Shown: piece after piece, positions 26,721 through 35,375 of the stretch
How positions within the stretch are numbered: position 1 is the stretch's first letter
How the letters are laid out: each line of letters begins with the position of its first letter
DNA from: Christensenellales bacterium
GTDB lineage: Bacteria; Bacillota; Clostridia; Christensenellales; Aristaeellaceae
Assembly: GCA_045113695.1 (NCBI GenBank)
Contig: JBGUJG010000142.1
Coordinates: 419 to 64,418 of the forward strand
Direction of reading: 5' to 3'
Length of the DNA: 64,000 nt
Notes under the pieces: model-generated
Databases searched by the model: none
Told to the model about the DNA's origin: nothing
What the model saw: the letters and a program-made list of their open reading frames with translations, nothing else
Program-made: the position numbers and the translations under genes

Positions 26721-28217
26721 ATGCAGACAGCAGTTAAACTCCCCAAAGCAGCCGAAAGGCCGGAATACGGCTTTCTGGTTCCCTACTGGATTCACCGTAT
26801 CGTCATTCTGCTGGCGGGAATGATGGTCTTTTTCTCCCCGGTCAACCCCGGGCGGATCCTCAAACAGGTCAATGAGAACGCCTCCCTGTTCACCACCGCC
26901 TTTTCCTATGACAATATCGCTACCCAGCTCAAGAGCGCCATCTCCAGGAACGCCATCACCGAGGGCGATATCCGCTCGGTCATGACGGGCTGCCTGGTCA
27001 TCCTGGCCGGTATCCTGCTGTGCGCGGTCGGCGGCTGCATGAGCGCGGGCAACAACCGCATGAAGAAAGCGGGCATTTACTTTCCCCTGGGCGGGAGCGT
27101 CGTCATGTTCGGGGGCCTGTTCCTGATCTGGCAGAGGTACCGGGCGGTCTATGCCTTCGTCACCGAAAACAACAAGGTAAGCCGCGCCACCCCGATCACC
27201 GCCGACGGCTCCATGCCGCAGTCCCTGACGGTTTTTGCCGTGGTCGCCGGCCTGATCCTGGTGACGTCCGTCCTGATTTTCTTCCTGCTGACCAAAAAAG
27301 AAAAGGAAGAAAAAATGGAAATGGAAGAGCGCTACAGGCTCTTTCTGATGTTCCTGCCGGTGCTGCTGCTGACCTTCGTCTTCGCTTATCTGCCGATCTA
27401 CGGCTGGCGCTTCGCGTTCTTTGATTACAAGATCGGCGACGAGCTGTCCCGGGCGAACTTCGTCGGTTTCCGGTGGTTCCAGACCCTGGTGTCCAACGAG
27501 GCGACACGCTCGGACATTGTGCGGGTCCTGCGCAACACCCTGGCCATGTCCGGCCTGGGCATCCTGACCAGCTGGCTGCCGATCGCCTTCGCGGTGCTGC
27601 TGGCGGAGATCCCTTCCTCCAGATTCCAGCGCTTCGTGCAGACGTTCACGACCATCCCGAACTTTATTTCCTGGGTGCTCGTGTACGCCATCGCCTACGC
27701 CATTTTCTCGACTGACGGCTTCATCAATTCCTTCCTGACCAATGTGATGGGGAGGACGGCGTCCACCGACTACCTGGCCAGCGCCGACCACATCTGGCTC
27801 AAGATGCTGCTCTGGGGTACCTGGAAGGGCATCGGCTGGAGTGCGATCATCTACATTGCCGGTATCTCGGGCATCGACCAGCAGCTGTATGAGGCGGCTT
27901 CGGTGGACGGGGCGAACCGCTTCCAGCGCATGTGGCACATCACCGTGCCCGGCCTGCTGCCCACCTACATGGTCATGCTGCTGATGAGCATCGCCGGCAT
28001 CCTCTCCAACGGCATGGAGCAGTACCTGGTCTTCTCCAACGCTCTGAACAAGGACGTGATCGAGGTGCTGGACCTGTATGTCTACAACATCGGCATCGGT
28101 TCGGGCCAGATCCCGCTCTCGACGGTGGTCGGCATCACCAAGTCCCTCGTCGGCGTCATCCTGCTCTTTGGCGCGAACGGCATCTCGAAGCTGCTCCGCG
28201 GCGAGAGCATCATATAA
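26721..28217 (+). CDS. LplB/YtcP-type sugar ABC permease fused to a ~198-aa 4-TM N-terminal domain
   Basis: The C-terminal 300 aa are a typical polysaccharide ABC permease (YRLFLMFLPVLLLTFVFAYLPIYGWRFAFFDYK). The N-terminal 198 aa contain 4 predicted TM helices. An internal AAGGAAG + ATG at 27315 marks the canonical permease start. Confidence 0.8.
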   Translation: MQTAVKLPKAAERPEYGFLVPYWIHRIVILLAGMMVFFSPVNPGRILKQVNENASLFTTAFSYDNIATQLKSAISRNAITEGDIRSVMTGCLVILAGILLCAVGGCMSAGNNRMKKAGIYFPLGGSVVMFGGLFLIWQRYRAVYAFVTENNKVSRATPITADGSMPQSLTVFAVVAGLILVTSVLIFFLLTKKEKEEKMEMEERYRLFLMFLPVLLLTFVFAYLPIYGWRFAFFDYKIGDELSRANFVGFRWFQTLVSNEATRSDIVRVLRNTLAMSGLGILTSWLPIAFAVLLAEIPSSRFQRFVQTFTTIPNFISWVLVYAIAYAIFSTDGFINSFLTNVMGRTASTDYLASADHIWLKMLLWGTWKGIGWSAIIYIAGISGIDQQLYEAASVDGANRFQRMWHITVPGLLPTYMVMLLMSIAGILSNGMEQYLVFSNALNKDVIEVLDLYVYNIGIGSGQIPLSTVVGITKSLVGVILLFGANGISKLLRGESII

Positions 28218-28229
28218 GGGGGTGGGTAG

Positions 28230-29162
28230 ATGACTGCCAAAGCCAAAGAAGCGGCGCCCATGCACATCCGGAAATCGGCGGGAGACCATGCGTTTGAAAT
28301 TGCCCTGATCGTCCTGTTCTGCCTGTTCACCCTGCTGTGCGTGTTCCCGTTCTACTATCTGTTCATCAACACCATCTCCAATAACGACGCGGTGACCTCC
28401 GGCCTGGTCAACTTCTGGCCTGTCGGGATTCACTTTACCAACTACCTGAACCTGCTGAACGCTTCCGACCTGGGCAATGCCCTGTTCGTGACCGTCGGCC
28501 GCACAATTCTGGGCACGGCGCTGATGGTGCTGACCTCGGCCTGGGCCGGGTATCTGGTGACCAAGCGGAAAATGTGGAAGCGTTCCCTGTGGTACCGCGC
28601 CCTCGTCATCACCATGTACTTTAACGCCGGCCTCGTGCCCTGGTACATGAACATGCTGATGCTGGGCCTGACCAACAACTTCCTGGCCTACATCATCCCC
28701 GGCATGGTCGCTCCGTACAACATCATCCTGGTCAAGACCTACATCGAGTCGATTCCCGCTTCGCTGGAAGAAAGCGCCACCATTGACGGCGCGACGACCA
28801 CCAAGGTCTTCCTGCGGATCATCCTGCCGCTGTCTGTGCCGATCCTGGCGACGATCTCCATCTTCGGCGCGGTCGGCAACTGGAACTCCTTCCAGGATTC
28901 CCTGCTGCTGATGAGCGGCAGGCCGGACCTGTATACCCTGCAGCACCGCCTGTACGTGTACCTGAACACCACCTCGAACCTGGGCGCGGTCATGAACGCC
29001 GGTGCGGGCGGCGTCAACACGGCGGCGGCCCAGAGCCTGCTGAACACCAAGGTCATCAAGTACACCGTCTCGATGGTGACCATCATCCCGATCCTGCTGG
29101 TTTATCCCTTCATGCAGCGGTACTTTGTCAAGGGCATCATGATGGGATCGGTCAAAGGATAA
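28230..29162 (+). CDS. LplC-type carbohydrate ABC permease
   Basis: 310 aa, 6 TM, EAA-like loop (ESIPASLEESATIDGATTTKVFLRIILP). Confidence 0.88.
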   Translation: MTAKAKEAAPMHIRKSAGDHAFEIALIVLFCLFTLLCVFPFYYLFINTISNNDAVTSGLVNFWPVGIHFTNYLNLLNASDLGNALFVTVGRTILGTALMVLTSAWAGYLVTKRKMWKRSLWYRALVITMYFNAGLVPWYMNMLMLGLTNNFLAYIIPGMVAPYNIILVKTYIESIPASLEESATIDGATTTKVFLRIILPLSVPILATISIFGAVGNWNSFQDSLLLMSGRPDLYTLQHRLYVYLNTTSNLGAVMNAGAGGVNTAAAQSLLNTKVIKYTVSMVTIIPILLVYPFMQRYFVKGIMMGSVKG

Positions 29163-29202
29163 TTCATAATTCATAATGCCTAATGCATAATTCACAATGC
29201 TG
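29161..29202 (+). repeat. degenerate heptamer array (AATKCAY)x6
   Basis: AATTCAT AATTCAT AATGCCT AATGCAT AATTCAC AATGCTG, immediately after the permease stop. Confidence 0.85.
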
Positions 29203-29226
29203 AGAGCATGTAACTGAAAGGAGCGT

Positions 29227-30960
29227 ATGAAACCTATGAAGAAAAGCCTTTCCCTGATCCTGGCGCTGGCGCTCGTGTGCTGCGCCGTGCCGTTTGCCGC
29301 CATGGCCGAAACGGTCGTGGACCGCGACGGGCCGACCATCACGCTGGACGTGTACAGCCAGCTGGCCAACTTCTCCGGCATCCAGCAGGGCTGGGGCGCC
29401 GTGATGCTCAAGGACAAGTTCAACGTGGAGCTCAACATCATCCCCGATCAGGACGGCACGTATGAGACCCGCGTGGCTTCCGGCAACCTGGGCGACATCG
29501 TGGTCTGGGGCGCCAACGGCCAGGACTATAAGAACGCCGTGGAAAAGGGCCTGCTGCTGGACTGGGAAGAGGACAATCTGGCGGAAACCTATGCCCCGTA
29601 CATCTGGGAAAATTACCAGGGCGCCCTGAACGCCAACCGGGCGGTCTCCGGGGACGATACCATTCACGGCTTCGGCCACGCGGTCGCCTTCAAGCAGGGC
29701 AGCCACGCCGCCTTCTTCTACACCTGGGACCTGCGGTGGGACCTGTACAAGCAGCTGGGCTATCCGGAAATCAATAACCTGGACGACCTGTACGACGTCC
29801 TGGCAAAGATGAAGGAACTGGAGCCCACCGACGAAAGGGGCAATCCCACCTACGCGACCTCCATCTGGCCGGACTGGGACGGCAACATGGTCATGTATGT
29901 CAAGTCCCTGGGCACGGCGTATTACGGCTATGACGAGCTGGGCTTCGGATACTACAACCCGAACAACGGCCAGTTTGTCTCCTGCCTGGACGAGGACGGC
30001 CCGTACCTCAAGTGCCTGCAGTTCTTCAACCGCCTCTATCAGGCCGGCCTGCTGGATCCCAACTCCATGACCCAGACCTACGACGTTATGGGCGAAAAGG
30101 TCAAGAACGGCGGCACCTTCTGGGGCATCTTCAACTATTCCACATCCCTGATCTACAATACCACCAGCCATCTGGAGCAGGGCAAGATGATGTATTCCCT
30201 TGTGCCGAAGGAAGCCAGCCCCATCGTCTACGGCCTGGGCACCAACGGCGGCAACCGCGTCTGGACCATCGGCAACTACACCGAGTATCCGGAGCTCTGC
30301 CTGGAGATCCTGAACTGGCTGGCCACGCCCGAAGGTTCCATGTGCATGTGGTACGGCCCCAAGGGCGTCACCTGGGATTATGACGAGAACGGCCTGGCCT
30401 ACTTTACCGAGCTGGGCAAGCTGACCAGCAGCGATTCCTCCCAGTCCATGGACGGCGTTCAGTGGACCAGCCCCTGGACCGGCAAGACCTATACCTTCAC
30501 CGGCACCTTCAACGACGGCTGCGTCCAGATCAACAACGTCACCCTGGCGCAGGACATGGAAAACCCGGACGGCGCCAACGGCGAGACCTTCAACAAGAAC
30601 TCCTGGGAGTCCGAAGTAACCGCTTCCTCCTACCCGATTCAGGAAGACTGGCGGCAGTGGTCCGGCTTTGCCTCTGCGGATCAGTACATGAACAACGGCA
30701 GGTACACCGTCATGCCGGAGATCAACTACTCCGAGAGCCCCAGGTCCTCTCAGCTGGACCTGATCTGGCAGCAGTGCGCCACCACGGTCAAGCAGTGCTC
30801 CTGGAAGGCCATCTACGCCAAGTCCGACGCCGAGTTCAACGCCGCTGTCAGCGAGATGAAAGCCCGTGTGAACATGTACGGCTGGAAGCAGTGCGTGGAA
30901 TGGTGCGAGCAGGAGTGCGCCGCCAAGTGGGCGCTCAGCCAGGAAGCCGCGGTACAGTGA
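29227..30960 (+). CDS. extracellular solute-binding protein (LplA-like, large family-1 SBP)
   Basis: 577 aa. Signal peptide MKPMKKSLSLILALALVCCAVPFAAMA. Its size and position match the Lpl-type SBPs. Confidence 0.85.
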   Translation: MKPMKKSLSLILALALVCCAVPFAAMAETVVDRDGPTITLDVYSQLANFSGIQQGWGAVMLKDKFNVELNIIPDQDGTYETRVASGNLGDIVVWGANGQDYKNAVEKGLLLDWEEDNLAETYAPYIWENYQGALNANRAVSGDDTIHGFGHAVAFKQGSHAAFFYTWDLRWDLYKQLGYPEINNLDDLYDVLAKMKELEPTDERGNPTYATSIWPDWDGNMVMYVKSLGTAYYGYDELGFGYYNPNNGQFVSCLDEDGPYLKCLQFFNRLYQAGLLDPNSMTQTYDVMGEKVKNGGTFWGIFNYSTSLIYNTTSHLEQGKMMYSLVPKEASPIVYGLGTNGGNRVWTIGNYTEYPELCLEILNWLATPEGSMCMWYGPKGVTWDYDENGLAYFTELGKLTSSDSSQSMDGVQWTSPWTGKTYTFTGTFNDGCVQINNVTLAQDMENPDGANGETFNKNSWESEVTASSYPIQEDWRQWSGFASADQYMNNGRYTVMPEINYSESPRSSQLDLIWQQCATTVKQCSWKAIYAKSDAEFNAAVSEMKARVNMYGWKQCVEWCEQECAAKWALSQEAAVQ

Positions 30961-30993
30961 GCGCGCGTCTGCTGATGTCCATACTGCTCTGAA

Positions 30994-31045
30994 GGAACGG
31001 CCAGACCCGGCCGGGCTTCCCGCCCAGCCGGGTCTGGCCTGTTCC
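30994..31045 (+). terminator. long hairpin (18-bp stem, 1 bulge) after the SBP gene
   Basis: ggaacggccagacccggc-loop-gccgggtctggcctgttcc, then TTTG. The U-tract is weak, so it may act as an attenuator or RNA stabiliser. Confidence 0.5.
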
Positions 31046-31072
31046 TTTGAAAACAGAAAGGAGGGTGCTGCG

Positions 31073-32308
31073 ATGCAGGAACCAAAGTGCCGGTTGATCT
31101 GCCTGGGTTTGTCGGTTCTGCTCTGTCTGGCCGGTCACGGTTCGGCCGGGGCCGGACAGGAGGAATGGAATATTGCGGATATCGCATCCTATGCGGCCAC
31201 GGTCAACCGCCTGGCTGCGGAAAACAGGATTCCGGCGTTTGTATGGGAATGCTCCGAATATGTCGACCGGAGGACCCTGACGATTCCCGTTCCGGAATAT
31301 CTGGACGGAATCATGTCGTGCTACGTTTCCCGGGAAGACCCGGGCAACATGGGAGACGATGCGGTGTTTGAAGAAGAGGATGCCTGGCATGCCGCAGCGC
31401 TCATGACCCCGGGAATCAACCTGGGCAATACACTGGATGCGACCAGTTTCAATCAGAAGGAAGCGCAGCAGGGAAAACTGGGCTGGATTCCCCAATGGGG
31501 AGCGAAAGGCGCTGACGGCAAAGTGCTGCCCTCTGCCTGGGAGACGGCCTGGGGCCAGCCGGTCACCACGGGAGAAATAGCGGATTTCATGCTGGCACCC
31601 GGTTTTCAGGCGGTTCGTATACCGGTGACATGGGCGGAACATCTGGATGAACGGGACCGCGTGGATCCCGCCTGGATGGCCAGGGTGCGGCAGACGGTGG
31701 ACCTGTTTTACAGCCGCGGAGTATACGTCATCCTGAACGCCCATCACGACGGCGGGGCGGACGGCTGGCTGAAGGCGGAGGAAGATGCGTACCGGAAATA
31801 CAGCGGCCGTTTTGAAAGCCTCTGGAAGCAGATCGGAGAGACTTTCGCGGACTATGACGAACGCCTTTTGTTCGAGGGCTTCAATGAGATGCTGGACGGG
31901 GAAAGCAACTGGAATACACCGGATGCGGAAGCCATGAAATGGCTGAACGCCTGGAATCAGCTGTTCGTCGATACGGTGCGGTCCCTGGGCGGCCATCACC
32001 TGAAGCGCAATCTGATCGTCATGACCTATGCTGGAAACGGAAGTGAAAGCAGCCTGGCGCAGTTTGTCCTGCCGGCTGACGCGGTGCAGGGCCACCTGAT
32101 GGTGGAAGTGCACAATTATGATCCTCAGGCGTTTACCTGGACCAATGCGACCTGGACCAGAATGACGGCCCGCTGGAATGAAAAAACACATGGGGAAATT
32201 CTCCGCCGTGCGTTTGATGTTTACAGAAAATATTCGGACCTGTGGCATGTTCCTTTTGTCCTGGGGGAATACAATGCGGATATGAAGAAGTACGCGGATT
32301 ACGATTGA
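31073..32308 (+). CDS. secreted glycoside hydrolase family 5 (cellulase/mannanase-like)
   Basis: Signal peptide. GINLGNTLDA, VILNAHHD, FEGFNEMLD (acid/base NE) and VLGEYNA (nucleophile E). Confidence 0.85.
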   Translation: MQEPKCRLICLGLSVLLCLAGHGSAGAGQEEWNIADIASYAATVNRLAAENRIPAFVWECSEYVDRRTLTIPVPEYLDGIMSCYVSREDPGNMGDDAVFEEEDAWHAAALMTPGINLGNTLDATSFNQKEAQQGKLGWIPQWGAKGADGKVLPSAWETAWGQPVTTGEIADFMLAPGFQAVRIPVTWAEHLDERDRVDPAWMARVRQTVDLFYSRGVYVILNAHHDGGADGWLKAEEDAYRKYSGRFESLWKQIGETFADYDERLLFEGFNEMLDGESNWNTPDAEAMKWLNAWNQLFVDTVRSLGGHHLKRNLIVMTYAGNGSESSLAQFVLPADAVQGHLMVEVHNYDPQAFTWTNATWTRMTARWNEKTHGEILRRAFDVYRKYSDLWHVPFVLGEYNADMKKYADYD

Positions 32309-32332
32309 TCCGCCCGGAGAGGAGAATCGTTT

Positions 32333-33088
32333 ATGTATAACGTCAAAGGAAAATGGGCGCTGATCACCGGCGCGGCGCGCGGGATCGGCTGTCTGACGGC
32401 GCTGTTCATGGCGAAGCAGGGAAGCCACCTGATCCTGCACAGCCGGGACCTGAGCCACACGGAAAAAGTGCTGGCAGAAGTACAGGCGCTGGGCGTGCAG
32501 GCTCACGCCGTGGCCGCCGACCTGAGCGACCTTTCCCAGGTGGAACGGATGCTCCGGGAAATCGACGGCCTCGGGGTCGATGTGGACATCGTGCTCAACA
32601 ACGCGGGCCTGCAGATCGCCTACCGGACGGATTACTGCGCGACCCCGGTGTCGGACTATGAGATCAGCTTCCGGGTGAATACCATCGCCCCGGCGATGAT
32701 CTGCTATCATTTCCTGCCCAAAATGATGAAAAAGGGAACCGGCAGGATCGTGAACACCACCAGCGGCATCGCCCTGGATGTCTGCCAGGCCGGCTACTCC
32801 GCCAGCAAGGCCGCGCTGGACAAGATCACCATCGACCTGGGCTCGAAGGTCGATGGGACGGATGTGATGATCAACCTGACCGATCCGGGCTGGTGCCGCA
32901 CGGACCTGGGCGGGCCGCAGGCGCTCAACGCCCCGGAAAGCGCGATCCCCGGCATTGTGGCCGGCGTGTTCGCGGACGACAAAAAATCCGGCCGGTACCT
33001 CGGCGCCCAGTATTTTGCGGGGCTGACACTCGAGGAAACGGTCCGGAAAGCGGAAAGAGAGTTCAGCAGCCCCTATCACAGGGGATGA
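32333..33088 (+). CDS. SDR family oxidoreductase
   Basis: TGAARGIG Rossmann motif, NNAG, and YSASKAAL catalytic YxxxK. Confidence 0.9.
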   Translation: MYNVKGKWALITGAARGIGCLTALFMAKQGSHLILHSRDLSHTEKVLAEVQALGVQAHAVAADLSDLSQVERMLREIDGLGVDVDIVLNNAGLQIAYRTDYCATPVSDYEISFRVNTIAPAMICYHFLPKMMKKGTGRIVNTTSGIALDVCQAGYSASKAALDKITIDLGSKVDGTDVMINLTDPGWCRTDLGGPQALNAPESAIPGIVAGVFADDKKSGRYLGAQYFAGLTLEETVRKAEREFSSPYHRG

Positions 33089-33656
33089 CGCCTTCCCCGT
33101 ACGCAACGGCATCCACCGGGACGTCCAGGCTGCCGGCCGGGATGTCCCGGCTCATCAGGGCCTGATGGCACAGACAGACTGTCCGGCACGGATGCTCTGA
33201 AAGGAACGCGTCGTAATAGCCGCCCCCGTGGCCCAGGCGGTCTCCCCGGGGAGAAACGCTGACGCAGGGAACGAAGGCCAGGTCCACATGCCGCGCGCAG
33301 GGGCCGCCGGCCGCCGGTTCCGGGATCCCGAAGGAGCCGGGCCGGAGATCGTCCAGGGATAAGATCCGCACCGCGTCCATCCGCGGTTTTTCCCGGCATC
33401 TGGGGACATACACCTCTTTTCCGTCCCGCAGCGCCGCCCGGATCAGGGCCCCGGTATCCGGCTCTTTCCCGACACTGACGTAAATGAATACGGACTTTGC
33501 CTCCCGGTACCATGCGGAATCCAGTACGTCCCGAATGATCCGCTCCCCGGAGGCTTCCGCCGCTCCGTCCGCAAGCGCCTGCCATTTCAGGCGCATTCCG
33601 GCCCGGAGCGCTTTTTTTCTGAGGCTGATTTCTTCTTCCGTCCATTGCGTTCCCAT
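33063..33656 (-). CDS. 5-formyltetrahydrofolate cyclo-ligase
   Basis: KSVFIYVSVGKEPDT, VYVPRC and GHGGGYYD motifs. Its 3' end overlaps the SDR 3' end by 26 nt. Confidence 0.85.
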   Translation of the reverse strand: MGTQWTEEEISLRKKALRAGMRLKWQALADGAAEASGERIIRDVLDSAWYREAKSVFIYVSVGKEPDTGALIRAALRDGKEVYVPRCREKPRMDAVRILSLDDLRPGSFGIPEPAAGGPCARHVDLAFVPCVSVSPRGDRLGHGGGYYDAFLSEHPCRTVCLCHQALMSRDIPAGSLDVPVDAVAYGEGVIPCDRGC

Positions 33657-33678
33657 GCCGCATTCTCCTGTCAGGTCA

Positions 33679-33713
33679 AATCATTATGCATTATGTATTA
33701 TGAATTCCGTATT
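33679..33713 (-). repeat. degenerate heptamer array, inverted relative to 29161..29202
   Basis: The minus strand reads AATACGG AATTCAT AATACAT AATGCAT AATGATT. It overlaps the stop and last codons of the MATE gene. Confidence 0.8.
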
Positions 33714-35101
33714 TTCCCGATCCACCGGTTCAGCAGCCACAGCGCGAACACGGCCCCGCAGGCCTCCCCGGCGGGCAGGGCGGACGCCATGCCGGTTTCG
33801 CCGAAGAGGCGGTCCAGGATGATCATGAAGGGGATGTAAAAGACCAGCTCCCGGACGAAGGCGTGCAGGAGGGTTCCCTTTCCGTCGCCCATGGCCTGCA
33901 GGCAGAACGAGGTGTGGTAGTTGATGAACTGAACCGGGGAGGCCGCGCACCGGATCCGCAGGAACAGGGCGGCGTAGGCCAGCGTACGGACGGCGTTTTC
34001 CGCATGCTGCGCATCGCCTGCGGAGACGCTCAGGAAGGCCCGGGATACCTGCGGGGCAAACAGTTCGAACAGGGCGATGCACGCAAAGGAGATCAGCAGG
34101 CCCCATCTGCGGGCTGTGTCAATGGTCTGCCGCATTCGCCGGTGATCGCCCGAAGCATAGTTGAAAGCGACGATCGGCAGCATGCCCTGGCAGATGCCGA
34201 TGTTGACGGCGTTGGGCAGGCGTTCCACCTTCATCACGATGCCGATGCCGGCGAGCACCAGGTCGCTGTGGGCGGCGGCCAGGCGGTTGAGGCTGACATT
34301 GGCCAGGTCGAACAGGCCGGTCAGCATGGCAGAAGGGACGCCGACGGCAAACTCGCTCTTTCTGTCTTCCGGCCGGGCGGCGGCCGCGTCCCGCAGCCGC
34401 AGGCTCAAAGGCGCTTCCCGGGAAGCCTTCCGGTAAGCGGTCAGCAGGTAGACGCAGGAAACGCCGTTGGACAGGGCGGTCGCGACGGCAGCGCCGGTGA
34501 CCTCCTGGCCGCGGGGCAGCAGGACGAACATGAACAGCGGGTCCAGCAGGCAGTTGAGGATGCCGCCGGCGCTCAGGCCGATGCCGGCCTTCCCGGCGTA
34601 GCCGGCATTTCTGAGCAGGTGGGCCAGAGCAGCCGAGAGAATGGCCGGCAGGCTGCCGATCACGATCACGATCAGGGCGTAGCTCCGGGCAAAGCCGATG
34701 GTCTGGTCCGACGCGCCCAGGAAGCGGAGCAGCGGGTCCAGGAACAGGCCGGTCAGGGAGGAATAGAGGACGGCGATCAGCACGGCTCCCCAGACGCTGA
34801 AAGCGCTGACCTGACGGGCCCTGTCCGGCGCCCCGCTGCCGTTCAGCCGGGATACAAGGCTGCCGCCGCCGATGCCGAAAAGATTCGACAGCGCGACGTT
34901 CAGCATGACCATTGTCAGTGTCAGGGTGGTCGCGGCCGTCATATAGGAATTGCCGGTCCGCCCGATAAAATAGGTGTCGACCATGTTGTAGATCAGGTTG
35001 ATCAGCTGGCTGATCACCGTCGGAACGGCCATGGTCCAGAGCGCTTTGGGAACCGGAGCGCTTGCAAACAGTTCTTTTTTGGCATACGAAGCTTGTTTCA
35101 T
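33698..35101 (-). CDS. MATE family efflux transporter
   Basis: 467 aa, 12 TM, with a typical N-terminus (KALWTMAVPTVISQLINLIYNMVDTYFIGR). Confidence 0.9.
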   Translation of the reverse strand: MKQASYAKKELFASAPVPKALWTMAVPTVISQLINLIYNMVDTYFIGRTGNSYMTAATTLTLTMVMLNVALSNLFGIGGGSLVSRLNGSGAPDRARQVSAFSVWGAVLIAVLYSSLTGLFLDPLLRFLGASDQTIGFARSYALIVIVIGSLPAILSAALAHLLRNAGYAGKAGIGLSAGGILNCLLDPLFMFVLLPRGQEVTGAAVATALSNGVSCVYLLTAYRKASREAPLSLRLRDAAAARPEDRKSEFAVGVPSAMLTGLFDLANVSLNRLAAAHSDLVLAGIGIVMKVERLPNAVNIGICQGMLPIVAFNYASGDHRRMRQTIDTARRWGLLISFACIALFELFAPQVSRAFLSVSAGDAQHAENAVRTLAYAALFLRIRCAASPVQFINYHTSFCLQAMGDGKGTLLHAFVRELVFYIPFMIILDRLFGETGMASALPAGEACGAVFALWLLNRWIGKIRNS

Positions 35102-35375
35102 GCTGCGCCTCCTGCGCCGGGATAAGAATGGAACAGAACCAATTATACCACAGAACCGAAAAGAAATGGTAGAGACAACCAGGGAAACATCTCATGAACA
35201 GATTTCATCTGCCCGGTCTGGGGGACCGGTCAGCATCGCCGGTGAAGGATCGGGCGGCCTTGAAACCCGGAAGAGCCGGCTTCTTTATACTTTCTTTACG
35301 CCTTTCCTGTCATCATTAACGCCGTTCTTATTTCCTTTGCCCTATAATGCTGCTCAGGGGGAAAGGAGTGGAACC

